A DNA stretch of 59,769 nt. Origin: Chiloscyllium plagiosum (lineage: Eukaryota). The translations under genes and the position numbers were made by a program. Location of the stretch: positions 29,635,899 through 29,695,667 of the forward strand of contig NC_057718.1 in the NCBI RefSeq assembly GCF_004010195.1, read 5' to 3'. Position 1 is the stretch's first letter. The number at the start of each line of letters is the position of its first letter. This document shows positions 25,392 to 39,355 of the stretch, in pieces. A model generated the notes under the pieces. The model searched no databases, had not been told where the DNA came from, and saw nothing but the letters and a program-made list of their open reading frames with translations.

Positions 25392-25561
25392 TGATTTGGA
25401 GATGCTGATGTTATACTGGGGTGTACAAAGTTAAAAATCACACAACACCAGGTTATAGTCCAACATGTTTAATTGGAAGCACTAGCTATCGGGGTGCTGC
25501 TCCTTCATCAGGTGGTTCATCAGGTGGTTGGACTATAACCTGGTGTTGTGTGATTCTTAAC
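25392..25561. mobile_element. Mini Penelope-like pLTR with inverted partial copy and 12-bp TSD
   Basis: TCAATGGATATA at 25380-25391 and 25562-25573. About 35-bp inverted arms (25429-25464 and 25527-25562) and a degenerate CTGATGA core. Confidence 0.8.
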
Positions 25562-25683
25562 TCAATGGATATAGACAGCATGCACAGAAAGAAGATTTAA
25601 AGAGCAAGATCAACCATGACCACACTATGGTGAAGTAGTGTTGACAGATTCTATGGATCTTCTCGTGCTCCTGATTCATACAT

Positions 25684-26644
25684 TGATGAGACCATCACTA
25701 TTTTTCTTTTATTTTTCTCATTTTCTTTTGAAATTGTGAGTTGAAGTTGAGAATTGAACTTGGAACTATGAACAACAGCTTCCTTTTTACAAGAAAAATG
25801 GAGAGAACAAAGAGAGGTGTTTACAGTGGGGAACTGGCCTGAAGAGATAATGCAGGTTAATCACTGCTTTAAGGACACTGTAGAAGATGACTCAACACTG
25901 AGATGCTCAGGGACTGACAGCTAGTTGGATTTTGAATTTGTCAATCAAGGGAGGACCAGTGATGACCAGCTAACTACAGAGAATGTTGAAGGAAAAATAG
26001 AAAACAAAGAGTGAATGGTTCTGATTGGGCTTTGAGCAGCAGATAGTTTCATCCTTTGAACGCTTCTGGATGGTTACACTTTTGTTTTGTTCTTTCTCTG
26101 ATTTCACTCCAGTTATGGACTTGTTCAATGTACTGAGAAAGAAATCCCAATCTGTAAGAAGTGATTGAATAATTCTGGAAGTCTGCTAAGGCTGTTTGCA
26201 TTGAGTGGTGACTTCAGAAGTCAAGCAAGTTATATAGTCCTATGTGCTTATAATACAACCCACCATCCGAGCTGTTCATAAAGGCCTGGTATTCATCATT
26301 GAAACACTTACTGAACTGGCAAATATTGATTATTTTCTTTTCTTTTCTAATTTATCCCTTAACTGTGCCTGTCTGTTGCTGTATGATTGAGAGTTTATGA
26401 TTTAAAAAATTGGGCTTGGATCATGGATATTAATTAGATTGCCCTTTGTTTTATCTATTTTCTGCTAAAGTATTTTTTATTAAAAAATTGTTAATTTTTA
26501 AAGTTCTGTACTTGGTGTCCAAGATCTGCTCTTTATAAACTCTGGTTAGGAACAATTGAGCAATTTTGAGGGTCACTGAATATTCTAATTTCATTGTATC
26601 AGTGAGGCTGGTTTGGTTTGGCTTGCTATCACTGTGTTGTAGCA
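25684..26644 (+). mobile_element. LTR-like repeat, copy 1
   Basis: TG...CA ends. Colinear similarity to 33016-33896 (CCATCACTATTTTTCTTT, GTCAAGGGAGGACCAG, TGAGCAATTTTGAGGGTCA). Confidence 0.7.
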
Positions 26645-26961
26645 ATGTCTTCATTCATCTTATTAACAGTTTGTTTAGTAAGATTACACGCATTCACAGA
26701 ACTCGTCAAAAACCTTATCACACAGCATATTCTTTGAGCAGATTATTTTCATCCGTCATTGCAAAAATGCATATCTCCAGTCTCTATTGCCAGTGTGTCA
26801 CATTCTGCATCTCTGCAGTATCTAAATATAACATTTTGCTAAGGAACAATAATCTCTAGGGCACTGAAAGAGGTTCTTTATACCCTACTCTTACATTAGT
26901 TCTATGTTCTAATGTTAGTTTTATATTTGATGGGACCAACTATATGTGTCACATCAATGTT

Positions 26962-27315
26962 AGGAGTGTCGTGGTAATGTCACTGGATTAGTAATCTTGA
27001 GGCCTTGCCTAATGCTTTGGGGAATATGGTTCCAAAATCATCCTTGACAGCTGGTGGAAGTTAAAGCTCAGTTAATATATCTGGAATTGAGAGAGTTATT
27101 GATTGTCACAAAAATCCATCTGGCTCACTACTGTTCTTTAAGAAAGAAAATTTGCCATTGTCCTCTGGTTTGTCCTACCTGTGAGTCCAAATCCACCACA
27201 ACGTGATTTTCTCTTAACAGCCTCAGAAATGGTCGAGCAATCATTCAGTTAAAATAAAAGTTAGGAATGGGCAACAAATGCTGACCTTGCTAGTGATGTC
27301 CACATGCCATGAAAA
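26962..27315 (+). mobile_element. Old tRNA-derived SINE with a LINE-derived tail
   Basis: GTGGTAATGTCACTGGA head. The tail GGGCAACAAATGCTG...CACATGCCATGA is shared with the LINE at 45480-46290; a partial copy lies at ~24990-25135. Confidence 0.75.
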
Positions 27316-28353
27316 ATTCATTTTGCTTCATTCAGAACATTGAGTTTGCATTGAAGAAATGATCAGATTTTTTTTCAAAAATAAGTTGGACATGTTCTTG
27401 ACACGGAAAAATTTGCAGGGCTCAGAAAAGAGCAGTGTGCAGAACCAGCTCTTTCCAAGAGATGGCATAGACACTATAGATTTAAACATTCTGTGTAAAC
27501 TTTTGTGATACTCCTAAAATCTCAACGTTGACTTCAAATCAGCCTCACTGTTACTGGATTTGTAATGCAATGAGTTAGGTGGTCTTTGCATTGGGCAAGA
27601 GACATTACTGATTGCAATCATATGTAAGAAAGTGCAATTGTGTAGACAAAAGCAGATTGGAATTGCCCACAGTGCCCTTCATAGTTATAAATAATCTGCT
27701 GAAACTCATTTGCAGGATGTATTTTCAGGCAAGAAGGGAAGAAAATTTGAAGAATCAGTTTAAGCAAGAATTATTACATGACTTGAAGCATGTGTTTTAA
27801 AAGCTTGGTTACTTTAAGAAGAACATGTTTCATTATCTTTAGCATAGAATAGAATGCAACAAAGCATAATACAAAAATGTGAGGTTCAAAAATCTAAAGC
27901 ACTTACGGCCCAGATTATTGCATCTGTACCCTGAAGATACAGAATAGGTCCAATGTAATTTGAATATTTTGAATAGCAATGTGTTTGTGCTGAATCTGTG
28001 TAACTGTGAAATAAAATCAGCAATTTTCTGAAACACATCTTGCAGAAATTACATAATTTACATTTTTACAACTTTATCTCCTCTCTGTCAAAGTGTCGAA
28101 AGAATGAATTGTGTGTTAATCACATTGCCAGAATGAGAGATGCAAAAATATAACTTTTCATGATGAAAAAAAGACCTTAAATTGAAAAAAAAAACCCCAA
28201 AGTCTTTGCAGTGCACAGATGCCTGTAGAAATGTATATTACAACAGAGCACACACAATTGGTTTTCCAATTAGGCTGACAGGAAACCAATATTCTACATA
28301 TAGTATTGACAGAGTGCACCTTCTTAACCATATCTGCTCTTTTCATATATCAT

Positions 28354-28819
28354 GGTGGCACAGTGGTTAGCACTGCTGCCTCACAGCGCCAGAGGCCCAG
28401 GTTCACTGCCCACCTTGCAGAATCATGATTTCGAATGACAACTTGCCCCCGTTCGATGCGCTGAGCGCGTCAAGGAAAAAGGTTAAACAGTTTTTTTTTA
28501 AATTCCTCTCATCGCCGCCAACATGGCCGCCCGTTCCGTTGCTATTTGAAATCAGAGCCCCCCCCGCGCCGCCGCGCGCGTGTCCCCCTTGGGCAACTGT
28601 CTGTGTGGAGTTTGCACATTCTCCCCGTGTCTATGTGGGTTTCCTCCCACAGTCTAAAGATGTGCAGGTTAGGTGAATTGGCCATGCTAAATTGCCCATA
28701 GTGTTAGGTGAAGGGGTAAATGTAGAGGAATGGGTCTGGGTGGGTTGCTCTTCAGAGGGTCGGTGTGGACTTGTGGCCTGGAGAGCCTGTTTCTACACTG
28801 TAGTGAATCTAATCTAATC
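28354..28819 (+). mobile_element. HE1-type SINE interrupted by a 169-bp CpG-rich insert
   Basis: SINE head to 28417, body resumes at 28587. CCTTG is duplicated around the insert. Confidence 0.9.
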
Positions 28820-29019
28820 ATACGTACACTCAGATGGGTTAATAGTCCATTCCCTGAATGCCATACCGAGTCAGACTGGTGTTTCACATTCATTATGTTA
28901 TTCATGATTGAAGTTGACGTTTAAATGTTCCCACCTTGTGCTAATGTTCTTCCACATTGTTTATCTATAACCAGTGTTGTTTTACAACTCACATCATATT
29001 GAGGCCTCCATATTTTAAA

Positions 29020-30485
29020 GCATTGAGACATGGAGTCATACAACAGAGAAACAGACCCTTCGGTCTAACCAGTCCATGCTGAATATAATCCCAAATTAAA
29101 CCAGTTCCATCTGCCTGCTCCTGGCCAATATCCCTCCAAACCTTTCCTATTCATATATCTATCTAAACCAAACGTCTTTTAAACATTGTTATTGTACCCG
29201 CATCCACCACTTACTCAGGAAATTCATTCCACATGTGAACTACCCTCTGTGTAAAACATTTGCCTCTCATGTCTTTTTTAAATCTCACTCCTCTCACCTT
29301 AAAAATTTGCCCCAATCTTGAAATCCCCCATCCTAGGGAAAAGACAAGTACCAATAATTCTATCTACACCTCTCATTATTTTACGAACTTCTGTGAGGTC
29401 TCCACTCAACCTCCTACACTCCAGTGAAAAATGTCCGAGCCCATCTAGCCTTTCCTTATAACTCAAACCTTCCATACCCTCAACATGACATCCCAATTCC
29501 TATACTCAATGAAGGCCGCATGCCAAATGCCTTTGTAATCACCCTGTCTATATGTTATGTACACTTCAAAGAATTATGTACCTGCACCCCTAGGTCCCTT
29601 TGTTTTATAGCACTACCCAAGGCCATTAATTGTATAAGCCCTACACCTGTTTGTTGTACCAAAATGCAATACCTGACATTTATCCAAATTGAACTCTATC
29701 TGCTATTTTTCAGCCCATTGACCCATTTGATCAAGGTCTGTCTATAATCTTAGAAAATCTTCTTCACTGTCTACTATTCTACCAATTTTGGTGTCACTGC
29801 AAACTTACTAACCATGCATTCTATATTCTCATCCAAATCATTAATATAATTGACCAACAAAAGAAGACACAGAACCAATTGCTGTGGAACACTGCTGATC
29901 TCCGGCCTCCATTCCATTAAGCAACCCTCCAATATTATGCTCTGTCTGCTGTCATTAAGCCAACTATGTATCCAATTGGCAAGCTCACCCTGAACCTCAT
30001 GTGATCTAATGTTACTAATTAGTCTACCAGGCAGAACTTTGTCAAAACTAGGACATTGTGAGAACTGCAGATGCTGGAGAAGTCATCATGAAGGGTTATG
30101 GCTGAAACATTGACTCTCTTGCTCCTCAGATGCTGTCTGACCTGCTGTGCTTTTTCCAGCACTACGCTTTATCAAACCTTGTCAAAAGCCTTCCTAAAAT
30201 CCAAAATAAACAATGTCTACTGCACTGCCATCATCGAACCTTTTGTAACTCCGTCAAAAATCTCAATCAAGTTTGTGAGATGTGATTTTCATTGCACAAA
30301 ACCACGCTGGCTATTCTTAATCATTTTTTCCCTCTCTAGATGTCCATAAACCCTATCTTTTGTAATCACTTCCAACAATTAACTCACAACTGAAGCCAGA
30401 CTCACAGGTCTATAGTTCCCCGGTTTCTCCTTACATCTTTTCTTGAACAAAGGCACAACATCAATCACTCTCCATGATCTGTGAG
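29020..30485 (-). mobile_element. CR1 fragment with a nested pLTR mini-element (30048-30174)
   Basis: RT and 3' remnants. The nested element is flanked by AAC(T/C)TTGTCAAAA at 30035-30047 and 30175-30187. Confidence 0.85.
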
Positions 30486-30574
30486 TATTGATCATTTTTT
30501 TCAAAATGACTCAGTATAATATAAAACAAACATAATCATTAATTAAACATTTGACATAATATCAATGTTATCAA

Positions 30575-31485
30575 ATATGCTATGGCACCCCTCAATTCTC
30601 TGCTATCCATGTGCATGTCCAGCAGCCACTTAAATGTCCCTAATGACTCTGCTTCCACCACCATTCCATGCATTCACAACTCTCTGCATAAAGAACCAGG
30701 CAGCATCCTGGTAACCTTCTTTGCACTCTCTCCAAAGCCTCTTTATCTTTCCTGTAGTAGGGCGACTAGAACTGGACACAATATTCCAAGTGTGGTCTCA
30801 TCAGGGACTTGTAGAGCTGTAACAAAACCTCATGGCTCTTAAACTCAATCCTGCTGTTAATGAAAGCCAAAACACCATATGCTTTCTTATCAACCCTATC
30901 CACTTGGGTGGCAACTTTGAGAGATTTATGTAACTGAACATCAAGATCCCTCTGCTCCTCCACACTGCCAAGAATCCTGTCTTTAATCCTATATTCAGCA
31001 TTCAAGTTTGACCTTCTAAAATGCATCATTTCGCATTTATCCACGTTGAACTCCATCTGCCATTTCTCAGCCCAGCTCTGCATCCTGTCAGTGTCGCGCT
31101 GCAGCCTGCAATAGCCCTTGATACTATCAACGGCACCTCCAACCATTGTGTCATCTACAAATTTACTAACCCACCCCTCAACCTCCTCATCCAAGTCATT
31201 TATAAAAACTACAAAGAGTAGAGGCCCAAGAACAGACCCCTGCGGGACACCACTCACCACTGACCTCCAGGCAGAATACTTTCCATCTACAACCACTCTC
31301 TGCCTTCTACCAACCCACCAATTCTGAATCCAGATAGACAAATCTCCCTGTATCCCATACTTCCTGACTTTATGAATGAGCTTACCACGGGGAACCTTGT
31401 AAAATGCCTTGCTGAAGTCCATATATACCACATCCAATGCTCAACCTTTGCAACCTGTCTTGTCACCTCCTCAAAGAACTCAGGC
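30575..31485 (-). mobile_element. CR1 RT fragment
   Basis: ORF 30766..31437 contains YMDFSKAF, PQGSVLGP, KFVDD and RPHLEYCVQF. Confidence 0.93.
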
Positions 31486-33015
31486 ACTTAAAAACTTCTC
31501 AGCAGCCCTCATTTCTCTCTGCCCTCTCTCCTTGCCACGAGGTTCAAAAAATGTTGTTTTTACTCACCTTCTCAGCAGTCCTCTGCTCCTCCCTCACACC
31601 AATACATACATACGAAATATGTATGTATCTGTGTCTGTGTGTGTGTGTGTGTATATATGTGTGTGGTGTCTTTTAGTGACCAACACCCACCCCTCACAAC
31701 ATCCACCCCTCACATGTCTAGTCTCTCAAAAACACATTGCCTTTGATTGAAAAACCAGGGCACAACCCCAACTCACGAGCTGTCTGAAGGTTTACCTGTT
31801 GGGCATACTGCATGGCAACAGGCCCACTTAAATCTGGGTAGATCATCCATGGACCCTTCTGCCTTCAACAAGTTCCATTGGAGATATGAAGATTCATGTA
31901 TGATATTACCGCAGTGGCCTTACCACTTACAAAACTCCACCTCAGGAAGTAAAAAGCAATGCTTTTACTGAGAACTACACTGTGCAACTTCTATGCAATA
32001 TATTTCTGAAGCCACTGTGCAATTTCCAATATATTTTTGAAACCAATGTCCCACAATGAAATAATATAGAGAAGGCGAAACTATTTTAATCAATGAGACA
32101 TTTGTTGGTGAAATGAGAGAGAATAAGAGTAACATTCAATTTTAGCATATGCTGCGATTTTAAAGCACCACTTTAATTGTGCAATTAAAACAACCTTTAT
32201 TTGAACCATGAAAGTTTTGTGTTGTCTGAATAAGCCAACTGATGGGAACCTTGACATTTTCACAGTATAATTATTATGAATAGATACTTTTGTTTCACTT
32301 CAAATTTAGAAAATGTTTTATTTCTTAACCCCATACAATTATTATAGCTTATTGAGCTCTTTAAGCCATAACCTTGGAGTTTCTTTTAAATGTTATCAAA
32401 CTGGTCTATGTTTCAGTTTCCAGACGAACTGTAGCAATGTACAAGCTGGTTAGAGTGCTCGAGACGGGTGGCAGAAATGATACACCTCCATCATATCATA
32501 AAAAATGAATGATTTCCATCAAGAAACATGATTTTATATGGCAGCAATATTGAAATGATTTAAATTTTTTACTAAATGCAGAGATGCCTAATGGCAAATC
32601 AACTTGTTTAATGCAAGCAAAAAGCATCTATCACAACATGTTTTAAAAACAACAATTCAGCGTATTAAGTGTTCCATCCTCACCCGCACACTCAGAAAGT
32701 CTGTCTTGGCAAGTCACTAAGTTATTAGAGGGTCTATTCAGTGAGGTCAAATTGTGTGATCAGAAAATGTGACAGCAAGCAGATCTACAAATCAATCAAC
32801 TGTCTTAAAAATATGGTGGGCAAGCAACTTGGTGATATAGGTGCCCATGTATTATGGTGGAAATAGTGAAAGGAACAGCCTATATTTTCAGTTCTGTACT
32901 GAGCTACCTCCATCACCTGGGCAGACTTCCCACTATCAGTGGGTGGATTTTAATCTTTCAAGTTGTTAGTTTAGTGTTACATTTTGTCAGTCTGTGATAA
33001 TTATTTAACACCAAG

Positions 33016-33896
33016 TGTAGAGGCCATCACTATTTTTCTTTCATTTTTCTCTTGTTTGTTTGATTTGAAACTGGAAATTGAGGTTAAGAGTTGAACTTTG
33101 AACATGAGATTGTTTTAGAGGAGAAGAGAACAAAGATAGATTGTTTGGAAGATAACACAGCTGCAGTATTTGTGAAGGAAATGAATCAGCACTGCTGTGC
33201 TCAGTGCTGGCAGCTGGTTGGATATTGAATTAGTCAGTCAAGGGAGGACCAGCCAACTTCAGAGAATATTGATTGGAAGGAGAAAAAATTAGTTCTGACT
33301 GAGTTTTGGTTGGAGAATAATTTTTGGAAACTCTGGAGTATTGTGTTCTGCTCTCTCTAGTTTGCTATTGAGGGTTGTTAAATGTTCTCAGAAAAGAATC
33401 CCAATCTGTAGGGAATGGGTAAAAGTTTCTGGAAGTCTGCTGAAGCTGTTTGCATTGACCAGTAACTTTGGAATTCCAGCAAAATTTACATTTCTAATTC
33501 CTTTTCAACAAATTGTTGTCTAAGGATTTCATGAAGGTCTGCTATCCTACATTTGAAATGGCTGATTGAGCTGGCAAATTGCAATTTATTTTTTAAATGA
33601 TCCCTTTATTCTGTCTGTTTTTCCATGCATCAGTTGGGGATATGACTAAAGAAGATTGTGTTTTAGATCATATATATTAATTTGATTACCTTGTAGTTTA
33701 TCTTTGTTCTGCTAAAGTTGCATTATTAATAATAAGTTGTTAATTTTTGTTATAAATTTGGTGTCCACGATCTGCTATTTATAAAGTTTTGTTAGGCACA
33801 GCTGAGCAATTTTGAGGGTCATTGAATTTTACTGTGCTGCAAATCCTGTGATAATGAGGTTGATTTGATTTGGCTCACCATCCCTAATGTATAACT
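33016..33896 (+). mobile_element. LTR-like repeat, copy 2
   Basis: Diverged colinear copy of 25684-26644, starting TGTAGAGG. Confidence 0.7.
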
Positions 33897-34169
33897 AAGC
33901 AGTAAGTTGACAGTAAATCTTTGATATCCTTCAAAAGGAAAATTCAGGTGATTTACCTAAAATGAAAACAGCAGCTTGTTATCAAAAAGCTTGCTTTCTC
34001 ATAGCATCCCTCAGGTTAGTTCATTAATGTCTGTCATAACTCAAATAAATAGCAGGAATTTTAAAAAGTTTATTACTATAATTAAAAATAACAGGTTTTC
34101 CTGTCTTCGTAAGTAAATACCCAATGAGTGTGTGTGTGTGTGTAAGCTCGTTTTTTAATTCATAAGGTG

Positions 34170-34300
34170 AGATCATTCCTGATGAAGGGCTTTCACCCAA
34201 AAAGTCGATTCCTCTGCTCCTCAGATACTGCCTGACCTGTTGTGTTTTTCCAGCACCGCACTCTCGACTCTAATCTCCAGCATCTGCAATCCTCACTTTC
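34170..34300 (+). mobile_element. Penelope pLTR with a degenerate hammerhead
   Basis: ATTCCTGATGAAGGGC...CCCAAAAAGTCGA followed by ...CCAGCATCTGC, the same family as 23630-23760. Confidence 0.8.
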
Positions 34301-36759
34301 ACGTGGTCAGCTGTTTTGTAATGTAGAGTGATGCCGTGGGTTAAATTCCTATTTTGGCTGAAGTCATCTCTTGCCTAAGGAGTGGTGATTTCATGTTAAA
34401 CTCACCACTAGTCACCCCCTTTAATGAGAGAGCAGATTTTTGGACCATGACAACTTCCATTTTGAGTCAGGAGGTCCCAGGTTCAATCTGTGATTCTGAC
34501 TGAGACACTTATTCTCAGCTATAAGAGGAACTAGACCATAGTGACACTTCCAATAATTTTTTTCTGTTGTGTAAACTTCCATTAGAATGTAGCTTATTCC
34601 TCTATAATTTGATAATTATTTGAAAATAGAAATAATAATAAACCCAATGGCAATAAAGCAGCTCAGAACAGATCGTTAATTTGGAAGAAAAACACAGATT
34701 GACTCAACTGCCTGTTTCTGTGCTGCAGAATCCATGACTTTGTAATATTCATACAGTAGTTTTGAGATTTGTCTGCATCACCCAGAGAAATAAATCCCAA
34801 TGTAATTTCTTCAGTTGTGCAATATCTTGACAAGACCTGTTATTAGTGAGAAGTCCTTCTGCATGTGCAGATAGTTATCCTAGAAAAGGTAAGTCACTGT
34901 TAAGTCCTAGATAAAATTACATTCTCAGGAGATTATTCTGAAACAGGTTTGTGTGACATAGCTAAACCTATCAAGCTCTCTTCTTGCAATTTATGATGGC
35001 ATTTGAACAACTTGATGTTTTTATGCTTGGTAACACTTATGTTGTGTTTTATTATACATTTAGGATAAAAGCTGTACCACTCACTCTTTCTTTATCTGTG
35101 GCAATCATATTGGCATATGTTCTTCTGCATACCTCTGGGAACAAAAGACTCAATTTGTAATTCACCTATTCTTATTGTAGAAGGTGACTACATACATTCC
35201 TGCTTTCAAAGTTACTTCCAGCATGATTACTTTTATACATTTTGAACCAGTGAGCACTTTGAGAACTGCCACTAATTGAATCATTTGTGAATTATTTTCC
35301 AGGGGATATTTTTGTACACTTAATGTTTAAAATGATAAGATTCTTTTTTTTTCACTCATTTAAGCAAATGGAGTTCAAGTGGAAGACTACTTATGATACA
35401 ATCAATAGTTCCTGAACACGTCAACGTCAATGAAGGTCATCTCTTTTCTCTTTTTTCTGTCAGTAAAATATTTATTTGTGAAATGATTTTCCAACTGAAT
35501 TGTTGTAAACAGAGACTAAGGATTGATTGATTTTGCCATGCATTAGCGAGACCACCTTGAGTCAAACTTATTCAGTGCTGTTATTATATTCTCTGCTTCT
35601 TTAGTTGCAAAATATTTTCATACATAATTCATGATGACTATCTTTCATCACCTGTGCCATTTAATGGTAATCTGTAATTTAGCTGACAAGTATGTTTAAA
35701 AAATAACTCCAAAATAACATGCATACTCTCATAACACTTCATATCATATTCAGCTTTTTGTTACTGTGTTTATGGCACAACAGTTTTGTTTCTTTCAATT
35801 CTTCTTAACATTTATTTTGTAAACGTCTGTCTAATTGTAACATGCAAAATTATTGAATCATAATTGAAGAACTCATAATTGTAGATCATAGGTAGCTCCT
35901 TGAAGGCACAGTGAGCAAAAAGAGGCTCAGTCTTTTCTCCAGGAGCTCAGAACAGTGGAAGTCTTTACTTTTCTCGGTCAGCACTTTCTGCTGCAACCCG
36001 CAGCTTATGAAATCCCCACATCCTTAAGTGCCTTTCCTTTGCTCATACTTCCATCTCACTTGATGGATACCTGCAAGTTTGGAGCTTTTACTAAATATTT
36101 TCAGGTTATTTACGGTGTTACTATTCCCACACCTCGACATCTGTCAAGGGCACTGGAGGTTGCTGGGAGGAATGTGATCTGGTCTGGCTGACTCTCCCTT
36201 TTGCTTGGTGAAAAACAGAGCCTGGTGGATGTTTTGGATCTCAGTGTTAGCCAGTTGAGATCAGAAAATTATTGAATGGAATGCAATCCTATGCATGCTC
36301 TATTTCAACAACATCCTTCTATTCCAACAACATCCCTGTATTCAAATCCTCTCACTATGAAGGCCAACACACCATTTGCCTTCTTCACCACCTGCTATAC
36401 CTGCATGCTTACTTTCAGTGACTAGGCTCACCCAGGTCTCAGTGCACTCCCCCTTTTCTAATCTAATGCCATTCAGATCATAATCTGCCCTCCTGTTTTT
36501 GCTACCAAAATGGATAACCTCATATTTATCCCTATTATGCTTTATCTGCCATTCATTTTCCCACACAACCAACTTGTCAAATCACTCTGAAGCATCCCTG
36601 CATCCTTCTCACAGATCACCTTCAAACCCAGCTTTGTGTCACCTGCAAACCCAAAGATATTACATTTAGTTCCCTCATTTAAATCATTAATATTTATTGT
36701 GAATAGCTGGGGTCCTAGCACTGGTACCAGTTGTACCCAACTAATCACTAGCCACCCAT

Positions 36760-37075
36760 TTAGATTAGATTCCCTACAGTGTGGAAAAAGGCCCTTGGGC
36801 CCAACAAGTTTCCATCGACCCTCAGAAGAGTAACCCACTCAGACCCATTTCCCTCTGACTAATGCACCTAATACTACAGGCAATTTAGCAAGGCCAATTC
36901 ACCTGACCTGCACAACTTTGGATTGTGGCAGGACACCGGAGCACCCGGAGGAAACCCACGCAGACAAGTGGAGAATGTGCAAACTCCACACAGATAGTTG
37001 CCAGAGGCTGGAATCGAACCTGGCACACTGGTGCTGTGAGGCAGCAGTGCTAACCACTGAGCCACCGTGCCACCC
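36760..37075 (-). mobile_element. HE1-type SINE
   Basis: Reverse complement of the 16890 family, flanked by GCCACCCATTTA on both sides. Confidence 0.93.
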
Positions 37076-37127
37076 ATTTACTTCTTTGTTTCTTTTCTGA
37101 CAGCTCATTCTTTATCCATGTCAGTGC

Positions 37128-37762
37128 AATTATGGACCAGGCCAGACCCCCTCAAAACATTTCGAGAAGGAAGCCCAAACCCTAACCTTTTTAGTTGGTT
37201 TAAGCATGTGTAAAGTCAATATTCCAGGAGTGATGCAGCCGATCAAAACCCCTCGGTTTTAAACAAAATAGAATTAATTTACAGAATACCAAATGGAACA
37301 CAAACAAAAGAGAACAGAACATAGAATAACTTAACCTATCCGAAAACCCCACAGACTATCCCAACTTCATGATGCTGTTCCAAATGCCTGCAACAATCCT
37401 CATAAAAACCCTCTTGGCAAAAAGGTATAATCAGACACAGGTCCTTACACGAGAGAGAGAGAGAGAGATGGCAGAGAGATTTAACATGGAACCTCCTTCC
37501 AGTGTAGCTGTTTTTTTAGATTCCCCAGTTTAAACTGACCAGCAGCTGCAAAACAGCCAGTCTGCTAAAACCAAAACAAACCAGAGAAAAGTGAAGCTGG
37601 AAGAACTGGCCATTCCCCTTTCATTGTACAAGTGTTTTTATTTACTTAAAAGCTTCTTCAAGTAGATAAATCCAGACTTATCAGAACCTCTGCCTTTACA
37701 ATCCCTCTGGAAAAAAAATTGCAAGGACCACACAACCTTGTTAAAGGAGCAGCATTGTCACA
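37128..37762 (-). mobile_element. Probable solo LTR
   Basis: Non-coding block ending TGTCACA that cleanly interrupts a CR1 RT fragment. Includes a (GA)n tract. Confidence 0.65.
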
Positions 37763-38899
37763 GTACACTACCTCAATCCTATCTACATGTTAATCTCTTA
37801 CAGGGGACCTTGTCAAACACCTTCTGAAAATTCAAGTAAACCACATCCACTGGAACCCCTGATCTATTCTACCAGATCCTCAAAAAAGTCTAACAGATTA
37901 GTACAGCACAATTGCTCTTCAGTAAATCTATGCAGACTGTGTTCAAACCTGTCACTGTTTTCCAAGTTCTGTGCTATAAATGTGACACCAAGGTTGCAAA
38001 CAGACTGGTGTAATCTCAGACTGTTTCCAGAGAGAGGAGTGGAATTCGTAAGGGAACAGCTGGTAGTAAGGGAGTAGAATTGGTGTTTATGGCTTTAGTC
38101 TTCCAATATTTAATTACTCAGTAATTAATACATACTTACTCATCTAGGAACAGGAGTAGGCTATAGAACTTATTCAGTCTGCACTGCCCTGCCCTTCTGA
38201 ATCATGGTTACTCATATCCTTAGCCTCATTTTCCTGCACTATCTCTATATCACTTGTCATATGTTTCTCGAAAGATATCAATTTCTGACTTGAACCTACT
38301 CAATGACTGAACTTCCACGTCCCTCTGATATTTGGAATTTATTGATTCACCACTCTCTGAATCAAAACATTCCTCTTAATCTGAGTCTTAAATGGCCTGC
38401 CTTTATGAGATTATGGCGTCTGGTTCTACAGTCACTATCTAGGGAATGTGTCATATCTATATCCATCTTGTAAGGCTCTGTAAGAATTTTGTAAGTTTCA
38501 ATGAGATCACCTCTCATTCTTCAAAATTCTAATGAATTCAGACCCAGTTTCCTTAATCTTTTTCTATAAAACAATCCTGCCATTCCAGAGTTTAATCTGG
38601 TGAACCGTTATTGCACTACCACAAAAGAAGCACAGTCAAATTCAGAAAGAGATGAACAGTGAAAGCAACAGTTTGAGAGAGGAGTATGTTCACACAAAGG
38701 CACATTTAGAATTATATACATAAAATCAAAGGTTCATTCACAAATACACTTAAATACAGAAAGAGAGATATGTGTTCAGAAGTAATGTCGAAAACAGTAC
38801 ATGAAAACAGTTACAGATAGGGTGACATATACATACAAAGAATGAAATGAAGTTTACAATGATATGGATGGGGGAGGGAGTCACTAATTGACTAATTTG

Positions 38900-39284
38900 T
38901 CAGCTTGTATTATTTCCCTTTACAACACAATTACAAAACAACTAACCCTAGAGGTTCACACACTATGTCAAAAACAAAAACCAATGACAATGCCAGTCAG
39001 ATGTCTTGTTGGTCATATTGTTCATACAGACTGATGAAACAATTCAACTCATTTCTTAGCACTAAAAGCATTAAAAGCTATGACGGTGGTTGGACAGCTG
39101 GTGTCTTGATAGAGACAAAAGTGAATGGAGGAAGCATCCATTGCAAAAGTGTGAGATGGTGGGCAAAAATATGTAAAAAGGGACAATGAAAAGCGAGGCA
39201 GGCAAGTTGTATTTGATAATGCAATTTGAAACTTGATCAAGACTTGACATTTGAAGCTGCATTCACAACTTAACCTAAGACAGT
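38900..39284 (-). pseudogene. Terminal exon remnant, PRY/SPRY (B30.2)-like
   Basis: Acceptor TATTTTTAG, in phase with the 23-nt exon. NLPASLFIVPFYIF, then HTFAMDASSIHFCL (TLDPxTAHxxL-like) and a possible TGxxHW. Many stops and frameshifts. Confidence 0.4.
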
Positions 39285-39355
39285 CTAAAAATACACATTT
39301 TCTTGTGCAGAAGTTTCACTCATTTGCTTCAAGTAATGAGAATGGGGGTATTTAC

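Larger units (their letters stand above)
36310..38620 (-). mobile_element. Old CR1 fragments with a nested SINE and solo LTR
   Basis: VLGPQLFTININDL and FAGDTKL remnants. A separate old 3' tail lies at ~38140-38620. Confidence 0.75.

Noticed and set aside
31630..31666. (TG)n microsatellite (also ~20186 and ~34127)
   Set aside because: Ordinary simple repeats.
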